A DNA stretch of 38,776 bases from an uncultured virus (IMG/VR IMGVR_UViG_2061766007_000856) (IMGVR_UViG_2061766007_000856), one strand, 5' to 3'; shown: positions 1-10,894, numbered from the stretch's first letter. Translations and numbers: made by a program. The notes: generated by a model not told the origin, from the sequence alone.

Positions 1-27
1 CCGTCCCTGAAATTAAGTGTTGATGAA

Positions 28-738
28 CTAGACTCGTTTCGGCTTTTCCTGCCACATCTTGCGAGCATAATCTACAGATTCTGTGTCGGAATCCAGAACG
101 ACGAGACCTTGTGGAAGAGTGTAATTGGCAAATTTTCTGCACCACAGATACATGCTGCATGGTTCGTTGATGCCTGCAACAGTTACCGGGATGCCGTTGC
201 CGTAATTCGGGTCGGCTGCCATTCCTTCGACTAAGTCTTGAATAAATTGTTCAGTAGTGGTTCCTACGAGATCAAGAATGTCGAACCCAAGACGGTCTTC
301 AAGTTCGCCGTGCGCATAAACGCCTTCGGCGGGTTCGCTATTCATGTTATCTGTGGCATCGTTAGCTCCGATTAAGCGATACTTGCCTTCCGGCTGCGGT
401 GTCGGCTGCGGATTTTCTTCATCCGGGGACCAGCCATTGCCATCGTAGTTGAAGGTAAAGCAGGAATCACATCCAGACTTGATAGCTTCCACGAGCGCAG
501 CGTTTTCCTCGGTGCGCATGGACATGATTGCGTCGCCTAGCTTGGTGATAGCTTCGGCCACCATCGGGGATGGGTGATTGCAGACCTGCGGGATGCAGGG
601 GGCGGTTTTCTTCCCATCGAAGCTTTCGAATGTCGCCTTTGCACCTGCGGCAAGCGAGTCGATGATATAGTTGTTCTTGCCGTCCTTCATCGATTCAAGT
701 GCGGCGTAAAATTTATCTTGAAGTTCTTGGGGAATCAT
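28..738 (-). CDS. Hypothetical protein (236 aa), probable late/virion head-associated protein; two domains joined by a DEENPQPTPQPEG linker
   Basis: ORF with GAGG SD (gaggttaac-ATG) and TATAAACT at 766-773 upstream; ALES/TFES motifs near the N-terminus. Confidence 0.7.
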   Translation of the reverse strand: MIPQELQDKFYAALESMKDGKNNYIIDSLAAGAKATFESFDGKKTAPCIPQVCNHPSPMVAEAITKLGDAIMSMRTEENAALVEAIKSGCDSCFTFNYDGNGWSPDEENPQPTPQPEGKYRLIGANDATDNMNSEPAEGVYAHGELEDRLGFDILDLVGTTTEQFIQDLVEGMAADPNYGNGIPVTVAGINEPCSMYLWCRKFANYTLPQGLVVLDSDTESVDYARKMWQEKPKRV

Positions 739-765
739 GTTAACCTCTGAAATTATAACACTTTC

Positions 766-773
766 AGTTTATA
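766..773 (-). promoter_or_regulatory. Putative phage late promoter TATAAACT
   Basis: Exact octamer that recurs upstream of several genes; analogous to T4 late promoter TATAAATA. Confidence 0.6.
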
Positions 774-776
774 CGA

Positions 777-1139
777 TTACCAGTATTTTCGGGCGTCATG
801 GATTATTGCCAGTAGCTTTTCGCGCTCTTCCGCATCGGTGGGGATTGCGGTGCGGATTTCAATCATTTGCAGTTCTTCCTTGTCGCCAGGCATCATGCGG
901 TCAAATGTAAAACCGGTAATTGTGTTGGTATCGGCGTTAATCTGGTCCTCAAAATCATAGGCGAGCGTCTGGCTTTCGGTTTCGAGCACTCTGATGTATT
1001 CGCCTGTCTGGATTTGGGCGACGACCACGTACCGGTGTTCACTATCCTTGCTTCTGGTGAAGGTGTGGAATAAGTTCAACAACCAGTTGCCTACTATGCA
1101 CCCGTAAACTGCCGATGCTACTTGATTGACTGTTATCAT
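777..1139 (-). CDS. Small hypothetical protein (120 aa) with an N-terminal hydrophobic segment
   Basis: ORF with GGAGG SD; hydrophobic stretch VASAVYGCIVGNWLLNLF; directly downstream of the 863-aa gene. Confidence 0.7.
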   Translation of the reverse strand: MITVNQVASAVYGCIVGNWLLNLFHTFTRSKDSEHRYVVVAQIQTGEYIRVLETESQTLAYDFEDQINADTNTITGFTFDRMMPGDKEELQMIEIRTAIPTDAEEREKLLAIIHDARKYW

Positions 1140-1162
1140 TGCTTACCTCCTGGCAAACTATG

Positions 1163-3754
1163 TTATACCTCGGTAAAGAGCAGCTGCGTGGTCCTGAACG
1201 GCATGATGAATCCGCCGTGGTGAGAACCGATCTGCGCTTCCACCAGTGTCGGCTTCGAGTTGCTGGTGAAAAGGCGAGAAATGAAACTGGATGCTCCTTT
1301 CCTGAACCCCGTGCGTTCCTTAGGCACAAAGATGTACAGCGGGGGTCTTCCATTACGGTTTATCATGTTGGCATATTCTTCTTCACTCATGCCAAGGGTA
1401 TCCATGTAGATTTTCGCTCCCTTGACCGGCGAGAGGACATTGTACACTTCGACAATGAAGTCCCTGGTAAGCGGGACGGTACCTATGGAAGTCTGCAAAT
1501 CTGTTGATACTCGGGGATATACTGAGGCCATGACCTGTGCGTTGCCTACTTCAGTAAGGTCGTTGGCATCAACAGTTATGCGGTTGATTGCGCAAGTAAC
1601 TCCCTTGGCATTCTTGAAATCCTTGAGAACCTTGATCGGGGAAGACAGGCCAACGCGCTTCATCTGCTTTTTCAGCTTCGCATAAGACTGTTTCACCTGT
1701 TTTTCATCCTTGCCCTTCAATATCATCTGGATTTCCGGCGCACCGAAATTGATGAACGGGAACCCCATGGACGTTATGACCGGTTCGCTCCAAAGGACGG
1801 AAGAGTTGTCCTGGGTGAACCCGGCAGGCACTTCGACTGAACCTAGCGGCCTGGTCCGGTTGCCCGATATGAAGGTGTGGCCGCCGGTGAGGTTGGTATG
1901 GGCTATGCCTTCACCACCCCGTGCCCCTGTCCTCGTGATATATTGACCACTTGGAGTGCGGTTGATGAGGATGTCCTTGATTACCGACTGGGTAACGCCT
2001 GGTGCAAACCGGGTAAGGAATTCTGCATTTGCCGTACTTCCGGCAATATCGTCTTCGACCGCATGGATAGCGGCGATGATTTGCTCGCGGGATGCCGCAT
2101 GTGCGTAGATTTCGGCAAGGACTTTCTGGGGAATGTTTACGCGGGGCGCAATCGGAGGCGGAATTAAATTGCCATCGGAATCGCCCTCTTGATGTTCTCC
2201 TGTGCCATCGTTGCCGATAGATCCTGTGCCATCGTTGCCGATAGGGCTAGGATTTGGGCTGGAGTCGGGATGGCCTATAAGTCCCAAAAGTTGTGCTATC
2301 TGGGCTTCGGATAGCGATGACGACTGTTCACCAATTCGTGCAATTTCTTCCGCAGCCTGTTCCCTAGACTGCCTAGCGTCGTTGGCAGCTTCGGATGCGT
2401 GGGTGGCAAACTCTTCTGTTTTGCTGACTAGCGTTTCAATTCTGGCAAGAAGAGCTTCGGTTGCGCCTCGCGCTTCATTGCGGGCTTGCTCAGCATCTGC
2501 CATGGCGGAATCTCGAATCGACTGTATTTCATTAAAAAGAGCTGTGATGTGAGTGTTGGCTTCCTCGGCTGTTTGCGCAGATGAACGAAGCTCTTCAATT
2601 GCATGAAGCTGTTCTTCGGATAATCCTTCGCTTGGAACAATAGTTTGAATGCTGGCTAATGCATTGGCCGTGGTCTGTGATTGCTGAATAGCAGTCGATG
2701 TCAATTCGGATATGTTTTTGAATCGTTCAACTAGTTCGCTGACTTTATCCCGTAAATTTTTCAGGTCGTCAGACTGGGATGTGATTGCAGCAGTATTCTT
2801 TCCGATTTCGTCTTGTACGGCTGTAGTTTTCTTCCGTAGGTCTGCGATGGCCGATTTATTCCATTCGGATTGCTGACTAAGCTTGTTTATTGCTTCGCGT
2901 GATGTCCCGATGTTATTTTCTAGTGATTTTAGACGACTGTCCACGGTTTCGCTGCCGGGTGAAGTACTGTTCTGCTGTATTATATTCTTTAATCGGCTTA
3001 AAGTACGCGACTTTCCTTTACCGTCAAGATTTACTAGGGAAATCGGCTTGCCTTGGGAAATATCGGAAAAATAACCCATAATTTTTGAAATGAGATTTAC
3101 TTCCGGTACCTTCGCATTGTCGATAAAAAGTTTACCGCATAAATCAAAAACTTGTGCTAGTTTGTCTATTTGGTCATTAAATACCGTTGCTTTTGCAGAT
3201 TCATATCTTTCCAGGTCGCCCGATTTAAGGTGCTGGCTGTAGAGGGTATCTGGGGGGACTAATGCCTCCATAGTCCTATCAAGTCTATTTGCATCGAAGG
3301 AGATGGAAAATAGACCTAGAATACCAAGCGAGATGTTTGCGTTAGGCACCTTGGCGAGAATGCCGGACCAGATTTCTTTGACATCATCGTTTTGGGGGAT
3401 ATATTCGCCGGCATTTCCATTTAGTATCTCAATGCTGTCTTTAAATGTTTGGATTATAGGATCTAATCCTGCCGCGACAGTTTGCATCCTTAACAACAGG
3501 TATTTGGACATCAGATATAGTGCGCAGGTCATTTGACTGGTGCTTAGAAAATTCTGAAACACCGGATCAGCCATTGGCGAGGTTATTACACTAAACACCT
3601 CGTCTACACACTCCTGGGTAATGGAAGTGACCTGGGTCATTTGGTTATATAACGCTTCGGTTGCCGTCGTCTTGTTGATATCGGCAGGGAAATTCACCCT
3701 TGCAGACTTGTTTGGATTAAGACCTATGAATGGTATAAACGTACCCGATGCCAT
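1163..3754 (-). CDS. Large hypothetical protein (~863 aa) with central coiled coil and Pro/Gly linker; probable late/virion protein
   Basis: Long ORF; ATG at 3754 preceded by GAGG; heptad-like helical region aa ~265-490; TATAAACT at 3783-3790. Confidence 0.8.
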   Translation of the reverse strand: MASGTFIPFIGLNPNKSARVNFPADINKTTATEALYNQMTQVTSITQECVDEVFSVITSPMADPVFQNFLSTSQMTCALYLMSKYLLLRMQTVAAGLDPIIQTFKDSIEILNGNAGEYIPQNDDVKEIWSGILAKVPNANISLGILGLFSISFDANRLDRTMEALVPPDTLYSQHLKSGDLERYESAKATVFNDQIDKLAQVFDLCGKLFIDNAKVPEVNLISKIMGYFSDISQGKPISLVNLDGKGKSRTLSRLKNIIQQNSTSPGSETVDSRLKSLENNIGTSREAINKLSQQSEWNKSAIADLRKKTTAVQDEIGKNTAAITSQSDDLKNLRDKVSELVERFKNISELTSTAIQQSQTTANALASIQTIVPSEGLSEEQLHAIEELRSSAQTAEEANTHITALFNEIQSIRDSAMADAEQARNEARGATEALLARIETLVSKTEEFATHASEAANDARQSREQAAEEIARIGEQSSSLSEAQIAQLLGLIGHPDSSPNPSPIGNDGTGSIGNDGTGEHQEGDSDGNLIPPPIAPRVNIPQKVLAEIYAHAASREQIIAAIHAVEDDIAGSTANAEFLTRFAPGVTQSVIKDILINRTPSGQYITRTGARGGEGIAHTNLTGGHTFISGNRTRPLGSVEVPAGFTQDNSSVLWSEPVITSMGFPFINFGAPEIQMILKGKDEKQVKQSYAKLKKQMKRVGLSSPIKVLKDFKNAKGVTCAINRITVDANDLTEVGNAQVMASVYPRVSTDLQTSIGTVPLTRDFIVEVYNVLSPVKGAKIYMDTLGMSEEEYANMINRNGRPPLYIFVPKERTGFRKGASSFISRLFTSNSKPTLVEAQIGSHHGGFIMPFRTTQLLFTEV
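2198..2244. repeat. Two tandem copies of 23 nt (24-nt period), encoding IGNDGTG x2 in the linker
   Basis: tcctgtgccatcgttgccgatag at 2198-2220 and 2222-2244. Confidence 0.9.
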
Positions 3755-3782
3755 ATACAACCTCGCATATATACTACCGCAC

Positions 3783-3790
3783 AGTTTATA
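3783..3790 (-). promoter_or_regulatory. Putative late promoter TATAAACT (divergent pair with 3845-3852)
   Basis: AGTTTATA on + strand, ~29 nt upstream of ATG 3754. Confidence 0.6.
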
Positions 3791-3844
3791 ACTATTTCAT
3801 GCGTGTATAAGGTGTGTCACCGTATTTTAAAATATGGTTCAATA

Positions 3845-3852
3845 TATAAACT
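3845..3852 (+). promoter_or_regulatory. Putative late promoter TATAAACT
   Basis: Exact octamer ~32 nt upstream of ATG 3885. Confidence 0.6.
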
Positions 3853-3884
3853 ACCGGCAAATAACCATATTTCAAAGGTGCACT

Positions 3885-6800
3885 ATGAGTGTTTTCCCGA
3901 TGCTTGAAAGTATCAATCCAGCAAAGAAGGATGTCCAGGGTATCCGCCAAGCCCTATTTAAGATGAAAGATCTTGCCTTGGTGTTTCCTAGTGAACGCGG
4001 GGATTCACCATTTTATAGCTTGAATAGGCATAGCGACACTTTGCGTTTCCCGCCAACGCTTGCATCTGTCATTTATGCTGCGTTGCACAAGAAAGACGAC
4101 CCCGAATATTTTAGCATTATTGCCGATGCGGTGACTGATGACGTATCTCGACTCGATGACGAGAATGACCATAATGATGCGTCCAAGGCCGCTGGTTCGA
4201 GATATGATCCGGAATCAGAACGCCTTCTGCCGGTTGATACCAAGATAACCGGACGATTGCTAGATAACGCCAAGTATTACCGTAATACCAACCTGCAAGC
4301 TAGACCTGACAAGATAAAGGCCAGACGAATCGTTATTGGTTTTTTGAACAACCCAGAGGAATTGAAGCAGATTGGTGATTCGTTTAGCGAGTATCTAATC
4401 GATTTGGAAGACTACATTGAAGGAAACCGCAGCAGGAAAGCCATGCTTGAAGACATAAGCGTTATGGTGAAGGCTTATCGTCAGCGGTATATTGAAGAAC
4501 TTACTGCATCCAAGCCGGTTTCCGATGACATCTACGGTGTTAGCCGCTGGTTAAAACCGTTGCGGGCCGACGCAATTTCCAATACTGAATTGTATGCATA
4601 TATTGCATGCCGTATGGCTGAAGAATACCAGCAGGATGTTGATTTTAACTCCCCAACCGTACTTCAGGATACTGCCAAGTATGTGCAGGACTGGATAGAA
4701 GGTGAAGGTGTTCCTGAAACTAATGAATACCAGACTGGCGAAGGCCGTTCTGAGTATAAGGCGTTGGAACCCTTTAACCGTGATGTGAGTATGGTTGGCG
4801 CTCCGGTCGCCCCGTTCACATTGCATCCGCTTTTTGCAAAGGACTGTAACCGCTTTACCAAGCGTCGTGGTGAGACAACGGTACGCGAAGCGGAAGATAT
4901 TGCTCTTGGCTATAAAATTATTGCTGATGTTCTGGGAGTGCCGACTAATTATTTGGGCAAGGGTGGCAATGCTTATTTGAGCGGTCAGGTTGGTCCTGAA
5001 CCTGATGTGCTTGCTGATCTTCGTGAAGGCATTAACGCCTATATCGCGGAGTTGGCTCATGATACCGAGAAGGCGAAGGCTGCACGTCAAGAAGCTATTA
5101 CTAAGCTTGATTCTAATTATGCAAATAGCGAAGATACCGCCGTATTGGCCTCGTATATCAAGAGTCAAGTATTCCAGGTAAATCCTGACGGCAATGATAA
5201 GTATTACCCGGGTGTTGCGGGTGAAGGTGATGAAATTCGCCTTCGCAAGACGAGCGTAGAAAAGGGCGACATCACAAGCCGTATTCTTAGGGCCGTTAAA
5301 AAATACCCAGGTATGTTTGAAGTTGTGGGCGATGACAAGAATAACGGTTCGCTTAGCGTAAAGTTCGGCAATGAAGTAGTCACGTTTGATGCGGATTCTC
5401 CTGAAATGCTGGATAAATACGTCCTCCCTACGTTGTTCCCGTACATTGATTCCAATGCATCTTTTGTGACATACGCGGAATGGATTGGTGTTGTGCCATA
5501 TAGCCGTATCGTGGATAACCAGCTTGAATTCTTGAACGACGAAAGTGCTGAATTGAATGCCGTTAGAAAGCATGAAGGCCCGGAGATTGCTTCGGATGCA
5601 ATCGATTCTATGCCGAATAAAGAAATGGTGTCCGCACTTACACGAACTAAAGGGAAGGATTTTAACGGAAAGCTCCTGGATAAAAGATCGATCATATCGA
5701 CCTTGCCGAAGTTTAGCAATGCTATTTTGGATGGCCTGGTAAACACCGCCAAGGCTACCCTGGATGATACGTCGTTGCAGGCGTCATCGATTATTTTCAA
5801 TATATTGCGTTATAATATTGCGTTGCAGTCGTACCTTCATAAACCTATTGACAGTCAGGACTCGTCCATAGAGACTGCCGCATGCCGTTATGCAGGTATG
5901 GACGTATTTGGAAATATTCGGACGTTGATGCAGGATATTCCTATTGAATCTTTGATTGAACAGGTCAAGGAACGAAGCAAGGCTTACGCTGCCGTATTGT
6001 ACAATAATGATTCACTGGACACCTATGCTACCACAGCTACTGCTTTAGAAAAAGGCTTTGTCGATAAGAAGAAGAACGGCGAGGTAGTTGGCAATGTCGG
6101 AAAGCAGATTGATGCACAAATAGCGGAAACGCGAAATCTGATGCGTGAAATGTGCGTTGATTTTATTGGGGCGTTTGAAACTCGTAACATGCCTCAGGAA
6201 ATTTCGGATGCATATAACGAAGGTAAAATTGGCCTGAATGCGTTCAAGGCGTTCTTGCTTGATTCGGCTGCGTCTGGCATTCAATTCCTTAGCGGATTTG
6301 GGTTCCAGTATCTTAACGAAGTGAATGTTTACGCTGGCGGTAAATATGACAGCGGAAACCGAATGATTGTGAAGTACGATGCTGATGAAGACGTACCTCT
6401 TGGAGCGTTGGGCGACAGGCCGGAAGTTCTTGACAGAGTCAATCAATCCCGCGAAGAAGAAATTGACACGATTAAGAGCTTGACTGAAATTCTGGATGCT
6501 GCAACCATTGTTCCAAATAATGCGGAAACTGGGATAAATCAACAGGCGAAAGAAGCTGCATTTAGCGTGATGCGTAGTACGCCTGGGTTGGACCAGAAAT
6601 ATTATGAGGAAGCCCTTGATGCGTTTAGCAATAAGGTTGACCCGGTACTTAGCACACTTGTTGAAACTTATGCAGCCGTTTATGCGACCCTTACCAGCAT
6701 TATCGTCAATGGTGCTGTTACTAGTGTCGTGCGACCGATGCTTAATTCTAGCCTCGACCAATCTTACGATTCTCAGGCAAACAACATTCTTGGAAAGTTG

Positions 6801-9800
6801 CAGTCTAAGATAGAAACGAATGCAGGGCTCCTTTATAACATAGATCGATTCCGCACTAACATTAGAGCACTGTCCAATAATGGTAAGTTGCTTGAACCGA
6901 TTTATAATGCGTTTAGAGGAAAGAGCGTTGGCGATGAAGGCGAACGTATGGCTTACGGTAGCTTGATTGCGGCTGCCTCTAACGTTGTTAAGGGAACTCG
7001 GGACGCTGAGGAATTGAAGCGGAAAGTTGCACATTTCTTTGTCACGAACCCACGCGAACTATCGGAATATAAGCAAGAAACTGTTCCGTTAAGTGATATG
7101 GGTGAAGACGAAAACGCTGTGGAACAGAATTATGAAGGCATCGGCGAAATTGTTGCTGACCGGATGGCAAATGCAACGCCAAAGGGTCCAACATATGCCG
7201 GCATGACTGGCTATCTTGGATTTGACACCATTAAGGTTGGTGAGGATGATACCCATTCTGCTGCAATGCGTCCGCTTACTGCTGAAAACGGTGCGTTTGC
7301 CGGCATGACTAGCGATGCTGTTCAAGCATGTGCCGATTACATACAGTCTGCTAGGGATGATCTTTCTGCGCTTGAAGAAAGAGTGGGTAAGACCCAGGCT
7401 GACATAGTAAAATCGGAGAACCCGCTCTTTTGGGCGGATGACGTAATCGATACCATTGGTTCCAGGTACATGGAGTCTCGCTTGCAGCTTCAGTTGGATA
7501 CAAGTGGTAACAAATCTGCACTTAGCAATGCGAGCGGTGAATCTTGGAAAACACTAGTTTCTGAATTGATTACTGCTCTTGAAAGCCGTTGCGGTATTGG
7601 AAAGATTTTGAATGCCGGTGCTGCAGCTTTGCGTAACGAGCTTAGCAATTTCTTGACTAAGCAGTTGAATTTGGGTACACCACCGTATACGCTTGCGGAT
7701 GTGTCACGCATCAGTACGGCGCTTGCCCATATCATCCTTCGCGTTGGCGATATGACCAAGACGACAGCAACTCCTAACCCATTTGCTGGCTTGGAAGTTC
7801 CGGGTGCTAAGATTCCGTCCGAAATGCAAAATGTTGCTGCTGAACGTATGTATCCGCCAGGCAATGAGGATGATGAGGAAGGTAGATTTACCTCTAAATC
7901 TGATGCTGCTAACATGTTGAATCAGGCTCGTGATAGCGTAACTGATGAAAATTTGGCGCATTCGCTTGAAGGACTATATCAGGACTTTGGCATGGATGCA
8001 ACATCTGGTGCTCGCGATGTACTTGATTATTTTGTACAGGCTGCTCATGACGTTGATAATAAGTTGCACAGAACGGACACCAACATAAATGTTGGCATCG
8101 CTCCAAACAGTACAGCGGCAAAATGGTATGGGCTCGTTTTGGATTCAGAAAGACAAAATGACCGTACTTATAAATTGCTGAAGGGTGTGGCAAACGAATG
8201 GGCTAGCGAGTCTAAGGGAACGCATGCACTTGAAGATGTTGCTGAGTTGCTTGAGTTGGACCAGCCAATCGAGAATGGACCTGATGCGGGAACTACTTAC
8301 GCAGATAAGGGATTTAATGGGGATTTTGCATCGTCTGCATATCGCCCATTGAACGCACTGAATGATCCGCAATACATGGATGGGCTGGTAAGGGCAATTC
8401 GGTATCAGGTTACGGACCGCTTGCTCAGCAATCCATCGTTTGGAACTCTTCGTAAGAATAATCCTGAATTGATGGACCGAATCGCAGGAACATTCTTTGC
8501 TTTGGCTGGGAATCTTGATGGCGGAAAGCTTGCTGCTATATTCGCTGCGCTAGACCCTGCTGAACGTAATGCCGCGCATGCTGCATTTACTGGTAAAATG
8601 CGGGATGAGATAAATTCTGACGAAACCTTGGGTGCCGCATATGACGCTGATGAATTTATGAAGTCGCTGACTGGCGAGTATCCAAACCGTGAAATTAATA
8701 AAACCGGCACGCTCAGAACCATCGTTAATGATATTCTCCGTCCGTCTGGAAATACTCCTGAAAGGCAGGCGGCTGCACGAAATGCTAGCTTTGCTGAATT
8801 GCAGGATCTTGCAGGTGCGGACGCGGTGAAGGCCATGCAGGATGCGTTGGCGCTCCCGGCCACGAAAAATATCTTGTCCGACAAGGTGGATCCTGATACC
8901 AACGAAACGATACCGCCATCCGAACAGGAAATACATAAGCTTACACTTCGTCTGTGTGATTTTATCCTCAGAAATTTCGGAACGAATCCGCGAGATGCGT
9001 TTGATTCCGGTTCAAAGACGGATATTGGCATTGCCAAGGCTAGTGCGGACATCGCTCAGTCGTTGTATGACGTATTGATGGCTCGTAAGGATGCATCTAG
9101 GATTCTTAAGACCAATGTGGCGCCATTCATTTCTGATGTAATGGCTCAGGGTGGTATGCCGACATCTGCTGATGTGTCAAGGTGGGCTTCTTCTCGTAAT
9201 ATAACGCTAACGGCAGAACAAACGAATGCTCTTTCCCAGGCAGCGAAGGTCATTTATCCAAAAATGACCCGCATCAAGAACATTATGGGCAATGAGTATA
9301 TTCAATTCGTTGAGTTGGCACGTATTGTTCTGGAAGCTAAGAATCATGGCAACAATTATGGGATTGACGCAGTTAAGAACTTGATGAACGACCTGCGTAC
9401 GTCAGGTGGCGGTGGCTGGTATCATCGAATCATATCGTATGCCGATAACATTCAGCAGAATGCAAACCAGACGGCTCGCCGTAACAGACGGACTGCTCTT
9501 AACGATGTTGATGAAGAACTTGAAACATTAAAGCGGCCCGCAGCTGGTTCTGTTAATGCAGCCAATGCCCGCACTCGTGCGGTTGGTGGTAATTTCGGTA
9601 CTAGCTACTTAACCCAGTTCAACAACAAGTCGTTTGATAATATCAAGGAAACGGTTCGTGATACGCTTGAGCAAATTCCGGTTCCTCCTAAAGGAAAGAA
9701 ATGTAGCCAGCGTATGATAAACGAAATCTCCGTGATGCTTGGTGAAGTTGGGTTTACCGGAAGCGTTACCAACTTCTGTACCGAAGTGCAGGAAGGCATC

Positions 9801-10847
9801 CGTTCTCAAAGTGCTCTTGCCAGAGAATACGCATTCAATGACACGAACTATAAAATGAGTGCTTTGCGTAAATATTTGGGTGGTGAAATGGGTGCATTGG
9901 CAACAGAAGCTGGCAAAATCCCGCATCAGGGTGCCCTATCGGATGAGGACATCCGCCTGATAGCCCGTTCCAACATACCAGGCATTCATATGATGACTGA
10001 CTCTGATGGTTATGATACTGATGCAATCTGCATTGGACATAATGACCCGGTGAGTGTCGATAGTCCGATTGCTAGAATGCAAATGAACGTGCTGGTAAAC
10101 AAGGCTGAGTCAATGCTTGGTGGGTCCGTCTTCGATAAATCGGGTAACATTACTCGCGAAGGTGCATCGGCTTTGGCTGCTGCGGCTCGCGGGAATATAA
10201 CCCCGGTTGATCCGACACTAGCTATTGAACGCTTTGTTCCTGCGGTAGTTAAGACTATCCAGAATGCAATGGATACTGGTACTGGCAGACGTTGGGCTGT
10301 TCGTGACTCCAATGGAAACTTCATCCATAAGTTTACCGATGGTGCGAAGAACGAATTTGAGGTCAAGTTTGGTGAGGCTACGATTACTAAAATCGTTCGG
10401 TCCCTCTTTAATTCGAAGTTTAGTGATGCTACCCAGGGTAGCCTTAAACAAGAAATTAACGAGTACTTGACTAGCAAAAAGACGGCTATACCGCAAAACG
10501 TTCTCAGCATGATTGAAAACAAGATTAAGAATGATGTCAATACGACCGCTAACGATCTTGTTGCCAAGATGGTTAAGTCCGGCGATACATCTCGTAGCGA
10601 GTATGGAGTGACGGTTAACTGGTTGAATCCGCCGGAACCGGAGAATCCACCTCCGGTTAGGGCTCGCGGCCCGGTCCGTGGTCCGAAGGCTAATGCCCCG
10701 GCACCGAAACCGGTTGCTGCCCCGGCTCAGGAACCTATTCCTCCGGTGAACGCCGGTGCCCCGGCACCTAAGAAAGCCAGGGCTCCCAGAAAACCGAAGG
10801 TAAACCCGGCTGCTCCGCCTCCAGCAAGTGAGGCAGAACCTGTATAA
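3885..10847 (+). CDS. Giant hypothetical protein (~2320 aa), largely helical, with Pro/Ala/Lys-rich C-terminal tail; probable virion internal protein
   Basis: 7-kb ORF; ATG 3885 with AAGG SD after the promoter motif; N-terminal PMLES motif; no catalytic motif recognised. Confidence 0.85.
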   Translation: MSVFPMLESINPAKKDVQGIRQALFKMKDLALVFPSERGDSPFYSLNRHSDTLRFPPTLASVIYAALHKKDDPEYFSIIADAVTDDVSRLDDENDHNDASKAAGSRYDPESERLLPVDTKITGRLLDNAKYYRNTNLQARPDKIKARRIVIGFLNNPEELKQIGDSFSEYLIDLEDYIEGNRSRKAMLEDISVMVKAYRQRYIEELTASKPVSDDIYGVSRWLKPLRADAISNTELYAYIACRMAEEYQQDVDFNSPTVLQDTAKYVQDWIEGEGVPETNEYQTGEGRSEYKALEPFNRDVSMVGAPVAPFTLHPLFAKDCNRFTKRRGETTVREAEDIALGYKIIADVLGVPTNYLGKGGNAYLSGQVGPEPDVLADLREGINAYIAELAHDTEKAKAARQEAITKLDSNYANSEDTAVLASYIKSQVFQVNPDGNDKYYPGVAGEGDEIRLRKTSVEKGDITSRILRAVKKYPGMFEVVGDDKNNGSLSVKFGNEVVTFDADSPEMLDKYVLPTLFPYIDSNASFVTYAEWIGVVPYSRIVDNQLEFLNDESAELNAVRKHEGPEIASDAIDSMPNKEMVSALTRTKGKDFNGKLLDKRSIISTLPKFSNAILDGLVNTAKATLDDTSLQASSIIFNILRYNIALQSYLHKPIDSQDSSIETAACRYAGMDVFGNIRTLMQDIPIESLIEQVKERSKAYAAVLYNNDSLDTYATTATALEKGFVDKKKNGEVVGNVGKQIDAQIAETRNLMREMCVDFIGAFETRNMPQEISDAYNEGKIGLNAFKAFLLDSAASGIQFLSGFGFQYLNEVNVYAGGKYDSGNRMIVKYDADEDVPLGALGDRPEVLDRVNQSREEEIDTIKSLTEILDAATIVPNNAETGINQQAKEAAFSVMRSTPGLDQKYYEEALDAFSNKVDPVLSTLVETYAAVYATLTSIIVNGAVTSVVRPMLNSSLDQSYDSQANNILGKLQSKIETNAGLLYNIDRFRTNIRALSNNGKLLEPIYNAFRGKSVGDEGERMAYGSLIAAASNVVKGTRDAEELKRKVAHFFVTNPRELSEYKQETVPLSDMGEDENAVEQNYEGIGEIVADRMANATPKGPTYAGMTGYLGFDTIKVGEDDTHSAAMRPLTAENGAFAGMTSDAVQACADYIQSARDDLSALEERVGKTQADIVKSENPLFWADDVIDTIGSRYMESRLQLQLDTSGNKSALSNASGESWKTLVSELITALESRCGIGKILNAGAAALRNELSNFLTKQLNLGTPPYTLADVSRISTALAHIILRVGDMTKTTATPNPFAGLEVPGAKIPSEMQNVAAERMYPPGNEDDEEGRFTSKSDAANMLNQARDSVTDENLAHSLEGLYQDFGMDATSGARDVLDYFVQAAHDVDNKLHRTDTNINVGIAPNSTAAKWYGLVLDSERQNDRTYKLLKGVANEWASESKGTHALEDVAELLELDQPIENGPDAGTTYADKGFNGDFASSAYRPLNALNDPQYMDGLVRAIRYQVTDRLLSNPSFGTLRKNNPELMDRIAGTFFALAGNLDGGKLAAIFAALDPAERNAAHAAFTGKMRDEINSDETLGAAYDADEFMKSLTGEYPNREINKTGTLRTIVNDILRPSGNTPERQAAARNASFAELQDLAGADAVKAMQDALALPATKNILSDKVDPDTNETIPPSEQEIHKLTLRLCDFILRNFGTNPRDAFDSGSKTDIGIAKASADIAQSLYDVLMARKDASRILKTNVAPFISDVMAQGGMPTSADVSRWASSRNITLTAEQTNALSQAAKVIYPKMTRIKNIMGNEYIQFVELARIVLEAKNHGNNYGIDAVKNLMNDLRTSGGGGWYHRIISYADNIQQNANQTARRNRRTALNDVDEELETLKRPAAGSVNAANARTRAVGGNFGTSYLTQFNNKSFDNIKETVRDTLEQIPVPPKGKKCSQRMINEISVMLGEVGFTGSVTNFCTEVQEGIRSQSALAREYAFNDTNYKMSALRKYLGGEMGALATEAGKIPHQGALSDEDIRLIARSNIPGIHMMTDSDGYDTDAICIGHNDPVSVDSPIARMQMNVLVNKAESMLGGSVFDKSGNITREGASALAAAARGNITPVDPTLAIERFVPAVVKTIQNAMDTGTGRRWAVRDSNGNFIHKFTDGAKNEFEVKFGEATITKIVRSLFNSKFSDATQGSLKQEINEYLTSKKTAIPQNVLSMIENKIKNDVNTTANDLVAKMVKSGDTSRSEYGVTVNWLNPPEPENPPPVRARGPVRGPKANAPAPKPVAAPAQEPIPPVNAGAPAPKKARAPRKPKVNPAAPPPASEAEPV

Positions 10848-10849
10848 CA

Positions 10850-10877
10850 AAAAATCCCGCCATTTGGCGGGATTTTT
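10850..10877. terminator. Bidirectional intrinsic terminator between convergent genes
   Basis: aaaaatcccgcc-attt-ggcgggattttt perfect inverted repeat with A/T tracts. Confidence 0.85.
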
Positions 10878-10894
10878 CAGTAGAGGAATAAAAG

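Noticed and set aside
9990..10025. MTDSDGYDTD in the giant protein as an RNA polymerase DxDGD catalytic loop
   Set aside because: Does not match DxDGD/NADFDGD and lacks surrounding double-psi barrel motifs
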